From Podarcis melisellensis (taxonomy: Eukaryota), in assembly GCA_964234715.1 (NCBI GenBank), contig OZ174280.1: 64,000 nt of DNA; one strand, written 5' to 3'. Positions 48,271 through 61,286 of this stretch are shown here, piece by piece. Positions within the stretch are counted from its first letter, which is position 1. The number at the start of each line of letters is the position of its first letter. Made by a program: the position numbers and the translations under genes. The notes beneath the pieces were generated by a model, which was not told where the DNA came from, ran no database searches, and saw only the letters and a program-made list of their open reading frames with translations.

Positions 48271-49194
48271 TTTTACCTATTGACCCTTTACCTTTACCTA
48301 TGCATTCTAGGCAATGCTAACTTGAAATATCCTGTCCTCATATGTTATTTTTTATGGTGGGGCTGGGGGAGTGGAATTAACCATTATGCCGTGAATGTCC
48401 TTCTTAGTTTCTTTCTTAAAAAATAATAACATACATAGCTGCAGCACTGGTGAAGGGGAGGGAACAGTAAAAACAAAAATTTAAGAGTGAGAAGAAGAAA
48501 AACTTTTCACAAGGCAGCAGGGCATTCGTGTATGGGAGGAGACATGCGTGAATGGGCATCAGTGATGTCCAGAAGGCCAGCTAATAGATGTATATGTCAG
48601 TAGCATAACCGTAACATATCCATGACATTCCAAACAGATGCAAAAGTGCTAGTAGTAGATGGGGCTGGAATAGCATTTTTTCTAATGAAGGAAAAAATGC
48701 AGCTTGTTGCCTAAAATGTATGCTTTCCTTTAAAGGACATGACATTTCAGGAAGGAGATTCCGTTTCCCCTGATTTCCCTGCAGTGAGTACACAAGCTGG
48801 AGGAAAGACTTGGGATCCAGTTCAGCAATCGCAACCTGCATTTGTACTGCTCAGTAGAACAGAATTGTTCAGAATGGTCCTCATCTGGACTACTTTGTTC
48901 AAGCTGAATGACACTGCTCCTTGCAAGGTATGAGCAACATTTGTGAAGGGAGATGGAGAAGTCTGGAACTGTTTCCTCCAGAAATGAAAAGAGCAGGATG
49001 AGAAGATTAAGAAAAGGAAAGGGGGAGGGTGTGTGTGTGGAGAAAACCTTGCACTGTTTTTTGGGGTGTCCATTCTCCTCCCCACCTCACATAAGGCAGG
49101 AACAGAACTACTGTACTGTATATAGAATATCCCCAACATACTTTCACCACCAAAATTTCCTTGTCAGAAATGCTTGAGATGGCTCCAAGTCAAT

Positions 49195-49200
<6 letters not shown>

Positions 49201-49282
<82 letters not shown>
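49201..49282. repeat. Compound (CT)n(CA)n microsatellite
   Basis: Perfect CT run followed directly by a CA run. Confidence 0.97.
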
Positions 49283-49283
<1 letters not shown>

Positions 49284-50691
49284 CCCTACCTGTTAGGGAA
49301 AACTTTCTAACACAGAGCAAAAAATGCATTCCAAAATTATCCACCATATTTGCAGGTGGGAAAAATGGAAGGAGGATTCACTGAATATTCTACAGGGGGA
49401 AGATGAATTCTCCAACAGTTTAGGGGGAGAGGGACCCAAAAAATAAAATTGACAACATTTCACAGAAAATGCTATTTCAAGAACTTTTGTCTCAGGTAAT
49501 ACTGAATGGAACTACTGTTAGTCCATGTGGTTGGAAGAAACAATAGGATAAGAGAGAAGGTTTGGAAGGAATACAGTCCACACCCGTTGCTTCCATCAAC
49601 AATATTAAAATTATATTAAAACTGCATGCAAAACATTTCACCTAATTTGTGAATGCTGGAATTGGAGGAGGGGATTTCACTGAATATTCTCCAGGGTCCT
49701 GCTGTGATTTCTCCAAAAATATAATTCTCAGTAAGTTTACCTGTAAATTCTTTCCTGACATTCTATGTTCCAGTTCTAAAACTTCCACACATCTCATGAA
49801 AATAGGACCTTGTCACTAAAAGCATATGCCAAAATAAAGTTGCTAAGCATTTACAGTGCCACAGAACTGTTGCTTTTGTTCCCTAATACAGTGCTAGGAA
49901 GATAAGACAAAATACATATAGCCAGACAGTAAAAATAATTCTTGTAGCATCACCTAAGTAGACCAGGTAAGCAGAGCAGGTGCATTGAGCTTCATAGGAC
50001 TTAGCAGGGAGACCAGAGGAGTGTTAATTGGCATCAGTTAAATACTGCTGTGGGAGATTGGGGGCTGGATCTCACTTATGGTTTCTGATGAGTTTCTTGG
50101 GTATCTATTGCATGCCTTGAGATGAATGCTGCACTGTTTGAAAGGATACATATTTGTATACACACATCCCTCCTTCAGATGCTTTCGTATTCACCACTGG
50201 ACATGCAGTACACGGTCAGTCAGTCAGGCAGCTGGACAAATGCCTGAATGACAGTGGGGTCAAGGACAGTTTAGGGTACTGTTAAAGGGCATCATGTTAT
50301 CACCAATTTGTTTTTTATTTAAACCATTAAAACACACACACACAAATAGAAGGAACAGTAGCAGTGCTAGCAGGGGAAAGAGTTCTTTTAAGACACTGTC
50401 GTCACTATCCCCACTTTCCAAAATGCTGATTGACAGGGACAAGAGGAACAGCAATCGTGGATCACTCGTTTAAGGAACAGCAATCGTGGATCACTCGTAA
50501 AGTACTAGATGATGCATATTGATATGGCTGGGCTTTACTTATTATTTGACAGGTCTTGCTATACAAATGAGGTTGACCTTTACATTTTTGCTCCTGGTGA
50601 AATTCGTTTAGTTTTCTTTGCAGCACACTGCCAAATTAAGGTTAAGCTGTTGTTGTTGTGGTTGTTGATGATGATGATGAAAGAAGAGCTA

Positions 50692-50860
50692 CCGTATTTT
50701 TCACTCTATAACACGCACCCGACCATAACACGCACGTAGTTTTTAGAGGAGGAAAATCTGTAGGTATGCCACCCGTAGGCATTCCCTCCATAACACGCAC
50801 AGACATTTCCCCTTACTTTTTAGGAGGAAAAAAGTGAGTGTTATGGTGCAAAAAATACGG
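50692..50860. mobile_element. Tc1/mariner (Tc2/pogo-like) MITE
   Basis: TIR ccgtattttt / aaaaatacgg with TA TSD and internal repeats ataacacgcac. Confidence 0.88.
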
Positions 50861-53800
50861 TACATATTTCTCTTGGCATTCTCTAAGCTTGGAGACAGCT
50901 GCAATATCTCAGTGTGTAATACAGCTGTAATACGCATATCTCTATAAATAAAAAGGACTAGAAGCTTACTTTCCCCCCAGATTAAAGAAGGGGCCTGGAA
51001 CACAGGGTGGCAAATTACATAAGATTGCCAGTGTATGCCCCTGCTCCCATAACTATGGTCCTGTGTACACTAGGAATTAACAATTGTGTCTTTTTTTTAA
51101 AGCAACAACAACAGCAACAACAATAGTTTTTCATTATCAGGCTGTGTAATTCTGTGTCCCTCCACCATAAATACTTAAGAAGTGCCTTCTCATATATTGT
51201 TCTTTCAAGCCACTCCCACCAGGTAAATGGCCATTTCTGGGAAATAAACCTAGCTGTAGTCCTATGAGGATAAAATAGCAAACATACCAAACAAGACAAG
51301 CAGAGACTGGAGTAGGAAAGGAGAGTAAGTTTCACTGAAGGACAAAAGGCAGAAAGGTCTAGAGGGCCGGCAGCAGGGAGAGGGCAGAGAGAGAATGCTT
51401 TGGGGAAGTGGGAAAAGTGTATTGGGGCACTTAGACAGGATGATGGGTGGATTAAAATAAAGGTTCAAGGATTTATTGCATGTAGCAAGCTGCTTGCATT
51501 CAACCAGTCGTTATAAGCACCAGCCAGAGAGTTAAGTGTTATTTAAGTGTCATTCATATTCCAATTTTCTGTATAAAAAACAGCTTTAAAACTGTAAAAA
51601 TAATGCAACCAAGAAGTTACAAGAACAATACGTAGAATAATAACACCGCTAAAATCACATAACAAAATAAAAGCAGCAGCCCACAAAACGTAGCAGGTGA
51701 TCAGACATTGAAAGGTTCTTGTAATAAGAGAGGTTTTTTTGCATACCTTTTAAAGCATAAAGAGAGGGGTCCCAGTGGGTCCAAAGATTGATGCTACCAC
51801 TTAAAAGGCCCTGTCTCTTGTGATACTGAGCATTCAGGGAAAGCATTGTGTAAATTCTAATCATTATATTATAACTAAGATGGGAAGGTCCTGTGCTTTA
51901 CAGCTGCAGCTGAGCACCATGACTAAATTAAGATTTTAATTGGGGGGTTTCCAGTTTACAGCCAAACACTTATATGCTATAAATTATTCACTTTAAAAAG
52001 AGGCCAAAAAAACAACTCGCACCACTTGGGTCCTGTACCTGAGAAAGGAAATGAGATATGTTTCACCCGTGCCTTACCATTTATAACTCTATCTTTCTGA
52101 GCTGGTATCACAATATTGTTCAAGCTTCTATGAACCCTCCTATCCACTCTTGCACTGAAGAAACACATTTGCCATATAAAGCAGGAAGGAACTCAAATAG
52201 CACAGCTGTATACATGTCTTCTCTGTTTTCCCCAATGGGATTTACTCCCAGGTAAGTGTGTATAATATTGCAGCCTAAATGTCCTTTGCCCCTGAGTAGT
52301 TCTGAATGTATTTCATTTCAGGCTGTTGATTTAGACTGTGTTCCTTGTGAGTGGGTGGCATCTTATTTATTTGTTTGAAAAACCATTCCTATCTCACCTT
52401 TCAAGAAAAATAAAACTTCCAAATCTACTAGCAGCAGTCATGACAATCGGTTTGAAACAGTTTCCCTGCCGGGGGGGGGGGGAGTATAAATAAATACTGA
52501 TAATAATATCAAATACTTTAAATAAAATATGAATTAAAACAGCAGTACAATGTAAGATGGAAGTGTGAAGTCACTGTATAAAAAGTATTTCTTTTGTTTT
52601 GTTGCTCTCTAATTTTGCAGTAAGGAGGACCTGATTCACTTGATAAGATTAAAGGGCTCAGCTTGCTAAATGATCATATGGAAGGCCTGAACTTCGCCTT
52701 CCGTCTTCCCATTCTGCCAGAGGAAGGGCACCGTGAGGTTTCTACACTCTTGCAATTCAACCCAATAAAAGTACTTGTCTTACCTCCTCTAATTATAGCA
52801 TTCTCGGGACCCCGCCCCTCGTTTCTGGTCTCCCCTTGGCTGGCACTCTCCTGCACAAACAGCCCAAACCTGGAGAGCTCAAGGTTTCTCCCACACCAAT
52901 TGCCCATACGTCTTCCATCGGCAGGCCTGTCACAGCAATGATCTCCAGGCCCCATCTCGCCCTGCCTGCTGCTGAGGCTGCACAGACAGAGCTGAGCGCT
53001 ACCCTCTGGAAGAAATGACAGCCGGTGCAGAGACAGCCATGGCACACTCTCTGCTGCAAGCACAATGCCCAGGAGCACTGCCATGTGTCTGCCTTCCCAG
53101 CAAAAGGACTGCAAGCCCATCCTCCCTGGGATGACAATTGCCTCTATATCTCAGGAGAGAGCCTGAGTGCTGTGTGTTTGCCACTGGGTGTGCATGTGCT
53201 TGCCATAACAATGAGTGCTGCGAGAGGGGAAAGGTTTGCACCTAAGCAGGGCACGATTTCCCCTTCAGATCCTGTAGAATAGAACAAAAACCCTACCGAA
53301 CACTACTGAAGCCTGCCTTGTTGAGGGAGCCGCATGCTCCCAGCTAACATGGACAGCAGAGCCCCAGACTGTAGTGGAAAACCATATACAGAAATCTGTA
53401 TGTGTGTCTAACAAGGAAATATCCGTTTTAGCCTGGTCAAACTCTCCTTGTGCATCCATCTCTCTCTCTCTCTTCCTCCCCAGAGACATTTGGATGCTAG
53501 GGATAAACACCCCACAGAGCTATGTCAGATTTCTAAAGGAGTGGTGCAGATGTAATCTTGTCTTTCACAGAGCCTGCATGGTGACTGTGCTGGTGCAGAC
53601 TTCCCGCTGATGAGGCTTTCATTACTCCCAGCTCCACTTGATGGATTTCCTCCTGTAGAGCGTTCAGGATACAGGCCATGCTGGCTGGCAGAACTAAGAG
53701 ATTTTGCAGGGCCAATGCTTTCATGGCAGGAGATGCTTGTGCGTAGTAAATGCAGTGTGTGGAAATAGTGGCTGCCATATACCAGGACATATTTGTTGCT

Positions 53801-54648
53801 GTATTCAGCACAAAAAAGCCCACTGTTAATGTGTCCATTTGTGAAGAGGGGCAGCATATTGAAAGGAAAGGACACGGTAGGCTAGCATGCCCTGCCAACT
53901 CCCACTTGTGTCTCCATTATGTCGTGGGGATATGGAACAAAGAAAGAATTGATGCCCTCTGAGTCATAGTCCTTCACACATGCTACTTGCCTCATTGTCT
54001 ATTAGTTCCTGCACTTCTGTTCTGTTTTGTTTGGGGATGTGTCTTCTTTTATGCTGCTAAGATGATGATGAATGCAACTCAGCCACAACATTTCCCAGAA
54101 AAGCAGTCACTACTGCAGTGTCATTGCTGTCTCTTCTAATATTACCAGAGAAGCCACTTGTTGGTTGCCTAGGAAACGAGGTAGAAGATTTGGTCCTTAG
54201 GATGGATCAATTGTTGCCACCTGAAAGGAGAGGTTTCAGAAAAGCAAAGGGGGCAGACAGATTAATGTCTGAGGTAAGGAACTTCAGTAGATCATTTTCT
54301 GTAATGAGGAAGCTCAAAAATCTCTCAGTGCACCTGAGGAAATTGGAGGCTTCCAGTTAATGACCACAGGGCAGTTCTGATAGTTTTGTACAAGGCTGGA
54401 TTAGCCCCACAGGGCTGGCAATGGCACCTGACTCTGCCCAAGCACAGGCAACCATCTATGCCAGTAGTTAATCACCCTCCCTCCCTTTCCAGACTGTTAG
54501 TTTCATTGCATTCTTTTCCACTTCCTTCTTCACAACTGAGATATGATAATAATACTCAATTTTTAAACTCAATAATGCATCGGTAGGGCTATCTCTATTC
54601 TACATTCTCCCACTCATTGCCCCAGTTTGTCATGAGGCGTGAGGGTGG

Positions 54649-55017
54649 CAATGGTGTCATGTGGGTTGTCAGCACCCAGGGCAAGTTAAGGATCCTCAGC
54701 ACTGCCCACCAGTAATATGGAACAATGGGGCAATAGCTTGGCGGCCTAAACGAGTGGCAGCCATGGTGCCCCATGAGTGTCGAGCACGGCAGAGAGTGGG
54801 ACAGAGGATTGGTTAGGAGTGGGTATCTTTCTAAAGCCCATGCAGAGGGTGCCTTAGGAACTGGCCATCGCTCAAATCCGCTCCTCTATCTGTCCAAGCA
54901 AACAGATGTGAGGGGGAGGGTGCACTATTTTAAATTTATTATTTCTACTTTCTCTTTTTTTCTTTTGAAATTTTGCACCCCTAAGAATTTGGCACCCAGG
55001 CAACTGCTATGTCACTG
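54649..55017. mobile_element. Degenerate hAT element related to 60521-60667
   Basis: Shares gtgggttgtcagcaccc.gggcaag; decayed ends caatggtgtcat / gctatgtcactg. Confidence 0.6.
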
Positions 55018-56722
55018 AAGAGTAGTTACATTTTTCTCCCTTGAAAGGGAGAAATTGGAATAGGGACATTCTTTTTCATTTCTTCTTTCAGCTCTATGGG
55101 ATTTTCAAGGTTCAGATTCATTCTACTAAATTTCAGGCAGGGGTCCTGATCTGGGGGAGGGAGCGGAATGGAGAAGTGACCCAACGAGTCACCTACGACT
55201 CTTATTCAAAAATCCAAATTTGCCCCTGAACCTAGACGGTTGGTGACCCCGGATTTGTAACCAGTATTGATACTGCTAAACCCTCTCACACACTGCTTAC
55301 TTGCCAGAATGAACTGGAAACCTGTGGCCAGCACCTGCTGCATTCTCAGGATGTTTTCACGGTTGCTGCAATGTGAAGCTGACAATCTAGAAGACTTGGA
55401 CAGTATTGCTGGCAAGCAGAAGAAGGCATGCAAAATAAGGACGCAAACCCGTCTTTGTAACCTTTTTGTGCTGTGTGCCTGAAATGATACATGTAACAAG
55501 AGGCAGGGATTCTTTCCCCCCCTTCCCCTTCAGAACACCAGAAATGTGTCGCTTTGATCCGTGCTGCAATGCTGACAAACCTGCACAGCAAAAATGTAAG
55601 CTTGTGTGTTGACTCTATAAAGCAGAGTTAAAACATTGGAAGCATTCTGTTAACATTCTGTTTCGTGTATGTATTGATCAGGCTTTTTGAAAAATCACAA
55701 AGACTGGGCATTTACATGGCTCCTTACCACATTAGAAGCAGAAGCATGAACACTCTCACTGCTAAAAAGGGAAGTCTTTACCAATGGGCTCTGCCTGTCA
55801 TTCTGTTTCACTTTGTTTCCAAATTCTGCAGCTCTTCAATGTTGTCATATTGATATATGTGAAAATACAAACATGGTGACACAACTTGTGACCACCCAAA
55901 CCTTCCAGCTGGTCTGTCTTGCTCCTTCTTGCACTTCCTTTCAACACAGATGCAGAGACTACACATAGTAAAAGGAAAATACAGAATTACATTTTACGTT
56001 GTCACAAAATTGGGTTGGATATGGGTTCCACCCTTAAACTGTTCTTGTAGCTACTTCCATTTTCTGATTCAAATCTGTGGTTATTTTGGGGGAGCTTAGA
56101 AACAAAGCAAGCAACTTAGTGATGAGGAAATCTGTGTCACACAATTAGAAAATTGCTTCATTTCCAATCAGTGCATGTCCCATAGCTTTCTGCTGAAATT
56201 CTGTAAATTTTTGTACCATAAATGTTCTGGTTTATTTTTTACCCCACTTCTGTTTATTTATTAAATTTGTATACCACCTTTCTGTTGTGCTGTGATATAA
56301 GAGTGCCCCTCCAGAAAACAATAATATGTAAACATTGGGGAAGCATTGCCAAACACCTAAGAAAGCAGAATGATGTATGGATGGTCCAGGATAAATCCAC
56401 CACTGATGCCCTACTATTGCATCAATGGCATGTTGCAGAATATGCCATAAAGAAACACCAGTTTCCAGTGGCCTTTTGATGGACAGATACCCTCTCAGGC
56501 CAGATCAGTTGTCGGCTTCTGTGAAGGGGTGTTATCCAGGGGTGGGGGAAGAAAAGCTCATAGTTATGGGGGGGAGGAGAAATAAGTTCAGGTTGTGAAT
56601 TTAAGGCTCATCCACACTTTTGCTTGACCCATATTTTGATCATATTGTGTACCAATTAATTCCCCCATCTCTGCAAGTTTTTCTCGTTGTTCCACAACTG
56701 TGCCTTGCGAAACCCCAGTCAT

Positions 56723-56942
56723 ATTTATTGCATTTATTGATTGCATTATACGTCACCTTTTCCTCCAAGAAGCTCAAGGTGGCATACATGGTTCTCCCCC
56801 TCCTCATTTAATCCCCACAACAACACTGTGAGGAAGGTTAGGCTGAGAGGCAGTGACTGGCCCAAGTTTCATGACCAAGTGGGGATTTGAACCCTGGTCT
56901 TCCCCCTAGTCTGACATTCTAACCACTATACCACCCTGGCCT
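56723..56942 (-). mobile_element. MIR/CORE-type SINE
   Basis: ccaagaagctcaaggtggcatac..atccccacaacaac..gttaggctgagaggcagtgactggcccaag..ggatttgaaccctggtct..aaccactataccac. Confidence 0.8.
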
Positions 56943-57089
56943 GCACAGTTGAGCCAAATCTCTCTACTGATTTTCTGTGCATCTGATAAGATCCAATTCA
57001 GCAGGCAAGATAGGATTTTCTCAAGGAACCAGCCATGAAACAATGAGGAAAGCTCTCAGACTCAGGGGAATTCAGGGGTATTCAGTATA

Positions 57090-57331
57090 CAGTGGTACCT
57101 CGGGTTACATACGCTTCAGGTTACAGACGCTTCAGTTTACAGACTCCGCTAACCCAGAAATAGTACCTCGGGTTAAGAACTTTGCTTCAGGATGAAAACA
57201 GAAATTGTGCTCCGGTGGTGGGGCATCAGCAGGACGCCCCATTAGCTAAAGTGGTACCTCAGGTTAAGAACAATTGCAGGTTAAGAACAGACCTCCAGAA
57301 CAAATTAAGTTCTTAACCCAAGGTACCACTG
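57090..57331. mobile_element. Tc1/mariner MITE, same family as 41391-41616, opposite orientation
   Basis: TIR cagtggtacct / aggtaccactg with TA TSD. Confidence 0.9.
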
Positions 57332-57593
57332 TAATCAAAATACAGGTCAAGCAAAGGTGTTGCTGAGCCCTAAGAGGAGAGCAAAGTTGTGATGAGAAAT
57401 TGTAGGGTTAACGTTAAGGTTTTCACTATATTGGGAGCAAAGGACTCCACCCTTAGACTGTGCTTGTGGTTACTTTGATTTTCCTACTCAGTCTTGTGTT
57501 TGCTTGTTCTTCAGCAGACAGCCTATGATTTGGGACCTATGAAATTTCATGAGGAATGTTGGAGGGTATGTCTGAAAAGTGAGTATTGTAAAC

Positions 57594-57719
57594 CATGGGT
57601 GTGGCCAGGATTTTTGTTGGGGTGGCAGGCCTTTTGTTAGGGGGAGACAGAAGCTCAATTTGCTATGCATTTTTATAGATTTTTAGTGATGGAGGGGCTC
57701 CTCCCTGCCCCCACGCATG
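57594..57719. mobile_element. hAT MITE
   Basis: TSD ttgtaaac / ctgtaaac; ends catggg / cgcatg. Confidence 0.75.
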
Positions 57720-58547
57720 CTGTAAACAGAAGAGGTGGCTGGCTGTGGCCCCAGTTATGTGTGCCCAGAAGGCCCACTGCAAACTGGAACACCTGGCTGC
57801 TGAGTGCTCACTAAGCTGCCCCGCCCACACTAGAATTGCTCCCCCCCGGGGGGGCTTTGGGTGGAGCCAATTTTCTAACTGGAATGTCATACTGGGCCTG
57901 TATCATGCCAGCTTCTCTTGTGATTTTGTGTGTTGACTGCCAGCTCACAAACCAGCTTGGGTTCACACCCAGCTCCACAGCTCAGTGGCCGATGTGCTGA
58001 GCATATGAGCAGTTCTCTCTTCTCAGTGCAATCCAATCCGCACATGCTAGCTGCCAGCAGCTAGGGTCTGAATGCAGAAGAACCAGTTTGCTGGTTGGTC
58101 CAAGGTTAAGTTGGCTGCAAGGTCTGGATGCATTTCATGAAACTGTGGCCTTTCCCCCGCTTTATGTGCATTGCATCTGGAGTGCCAGCCACACTAGGTT
58201 CAATGTTCCGCTGTCTTTCCTGCTCTGCTTCTCCTAGAGAGGCATTTGGAGAGCAGTTACATCCACTCACTCTAGCAGACCTTAGCAACACTAGCCTTCC
58301 CAGATTACAGGGCAAACAATCTAAACTGGGGAGCAGTTGGTATGGTGCAATGACAGTCCTGTCACCAATGAAACCGTACAAAAGGGTTGCTACAAAAGTT
58401 GCACCAGTATATACACCACATTGTATTTAAATCAAAGCATGTGCTCCTCTTTTGATAGGCAAGCAACTACCATGGATTCAGTCTATGGTGAGTGTTGCTT
58501 GTGGTCTGTCAACAGAAGCAGATATCTCACTTTATCCATTATCTGGC

Positions 58548-58768
58548 CAGTGGCGGAGTTTCATGCTCTAGCACCAGGGGGTGGAGAGCAGGCGGGGGCG
58601 GGGCAGGAGTGTGTCCCATGGGCGTGGCACGCCGCCTGCAGGGGGGTGGCGTGTGTCCTGGGGGTGTGGCACCCAGTGCAGGTGGGGGGATAGCTGTGAT
58701 GGCACCCCACCGGGATCGTGCTGCCGGGGGCGGTGCGCTCACCCCGCACTCCTGTTCTTCCACCAGTG
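58548..58768. mobile_element. GC-rich hAT MITE
   Basis: Ends cagtggcgga / tccaccagtg; TSD tatctggc / tatcaggc. Confidence 0.78.
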
Positions 58769-59116
58769 TATCAGGCTAGCTCTGAACCTAATTTTGCTTA
58801 ACATGTGTCTCCAACTTCCACTTTTGTAATGTTCTGTAGGGACCAATCTAATCCACGGTCAGATCTCTCAACACCTTTTTTCCAAAACAGCCTGGCCTTA
58901 CTCAAAATTGGATCAGGACTGTGGCATACACCATTGCCTTGAGTGAAATCACACATGCACACGAAGCTGTTAATACTCTTTCTGGGGCTTAGAGTAGATT
59001 GGGCTGAAAAATAACACTGACATCCAGTTAAAGACCTCTCATATATCATCTAGGTTGGTCCTATATAGCAGAATAATAAAAGATGATTGAGGTTTATTTG
59101 GGTTTAGTCTAGGCTT

Positions 59117-59494
59117 GATGCTTTTGAATTATGGTGCTGGAAGAGACTCTTGAGAGTCCCATGGACTGCAAGAAGATCAAACCTATCCATTCTTAAGGAA
59201 ATCAACCCTGAGTGCTCCCTGGAAGGACAGATCGTGAAGCTGAGGCTCCAATACTTTGGCCACCTCATGAGACGACCCTAATGTTCCTCCCTGGAAAAGA
59301 CGCTAATGTTGGGAAAGATTGAGGGCACAAGGAGAAGGGGACGACAGAGGACGAGATGGTTGGATAGTGTTCTCGAAGCTACCAGCATGAGTTTGACCAA
59401 ACTGCAGGAGGCAGTGGAAGACAGAAGTGCCTGGCGTGCTCTGGTCCATGGGGTCACGAAGAGTCGGACACGACTAAACGACTAAACAACAACA
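59117..59494 (+). mobile_element. 5'-truncated Bov-B (RTE) LINE 3' end
   Basis: DAFELWCWKRLLRVPWTARRSNLSILKEINPECSLEGQIVKLRLQYFGHLMRR...SLEKTLMLGKIEGTRRRGRQRTRWLD...VHGVTKSRTRLND* followed by a (CAA)n tail. Confidence 0.96.
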
Positions 59495-60520
59495 AAAGGT
59501 TTCTAAATCATGGAGAAAATTGGGCAATATTGAAAGGGGAAAGTTTGTTCAAAACAGAGGACAACATAAAATTAAGATCTATAAGAAAATAAAGGAAACG
59601 TAAAATGCATCTCCCCCTAACATACCATTCTACCTTACATTTGAAGGAGAAAGATCACATGGGAAGATATGGAGAAGTTACCAGTCCAAGAATTACTGAA
59701 ACATATCCAGGCATGTAAAGCTATTCACAACCAGAAGAGCAAAACAAGCACCTCTCAGCTGTATCCGGTTCTTGCGATCCAACAGGCATGTACAGCGGAA
59801 CCCAAAGAGTAACCTATTGGCGTGCCCTTCTAGAGATGGAAGCACTTTTAATTGGCATGAAATCACGGAGTTTGTTACAGTTGGAGATTTAGGGTAGAAT
59901 AACAGATGATTCAGAGCTCATTAAAAGTGTTTCAGTTAGATATTGGAAAACATATACTTGTGCCTGCCAGGATATTTTCGTGCTGTAAAATGAGAAGACC
60001 TGGGAGCTCAGAGACGTCATTTCCAAGAGGGGCCAAGCTGGTTGTTGTTTGCAAGAAGGAGCTGCAAAAGCATAATTGTGTTGCTTTTCTCTGCAAGGTG
60101 CCATGGCTGCTTTTGGGCTAATGTCTGTTTTTAATATGCTTGTTTTTAATAATTTTAATATGGTACCTGATTTATGTTATAAGGTAACCCTGCTCGGTAT
60201 CTGTTTCCTGCCACGGTGGGTGCAAGGGAGAGAAGGATCTGTCCATTTCTGTCCTCTCCATTTCCCATTTTTCCAATCTTAAATTCAGTTATCCACCATC
60301 TTGCAGCAATTTCTGATTAAAAAAAAAATCCTCACAAAAATTCAGCAGCATTTTAGACAAATGTCTCCTTTAAAAAGATGGTTCATATGCAGTTTTGACT
60401 AATGTACACATTTTGCAAGCTATTTGGCCCCTAAATTTAGTGGTCAGTTTCTGCAAAATTGGCAGAAACCATGCCTTTGATACCATGCCTTTGCAGAAAG
60501 ACCCTCCAAATATTTCCAGT

Positions 60521-60667
60521 CAGTGGCGTAGCGTGGGTTGTCAGCACCCGGGGCAAGGCAAGTAATTTGCGCCCCCTAACCCGTGGCTTTGCGCCCCCTA
60601 ACCCTAACTCCCAGATGTTGCACCCGGTGCGGCCGGCCCCCCCTGCACCCCCCACGCTACGCCACTG
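60521..60667. mobile_element. Young hAT (Tip100-like) MITE
   Basis: Perfect 17-bp TIR CAGTGGCGTAGCGTGGG, perfect TSD TTTCCAGT, CpGs intact. Confidence 0.93.
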
Positions 60668-61150
60668 TTTCCAGTGCCTAGAGATTAATAATCTTGCAGA
60701 CATTAAGAAAAAATCTAGCTCAACTTTTCCCTTTCCCAACTCTGTTCTAGTTGTTACTGGTGGTTAACAGTGCCAGTGAGGACACTGGCAATGAAACCTA
60801 TGCTGTTATTTGGATAATCACTATGAACACAGTTCTTCAAAAGACGCTACCATAGCGCATTCCCATCAAAGGTGAAAAGACATTCCTTTATGCTGCCGAC
60901 ATTTTGGGTGAAGATGTTTTCAATACCTAAGCTCATTCTACCTCACCCTATTCCTGCCAGTCAGGCTGTTGATGCCAGGGGACCCCAATCTTCCTTGTTA
61001 AACCAACCTGGGTTCAAACAAAAATGTTATGAAATGTTAACATTTAGTCATGATTCTTATACTGACCCCATTGGGATAGTGCCTCTCTGGATACCATTTC
61101 CTCTCTTACCTTTCTGAAATGCAGGACCGGTTGACACTGACCCTCTAGGC

Positions 61151-61286
61151 CAGGCTTCCTCAAACTCTGCCCTCCAGATGTTTTTGGCCTACAACTCCCA
61201 TGATCCCTAGCTAGCAGGACCAGTGGTCAGGGATGATGGGAACTGTAGTCTCAAAACAACTGGAGGGCTGAGGTTGAGGAAGCCTG
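61151..61286. mobile_element. Palindromic hAT MITE
   Basis: TIR caggcttcctcaa / ttgaggaagcctg and a perfect TSD CTCTAGGC. Confidence 0.92.

Noticed and set aside
50444-50498. CRISPR-like direct repeat
   Set aside because: Only two units with a 3-nt spacer, in a eukaryotic context.
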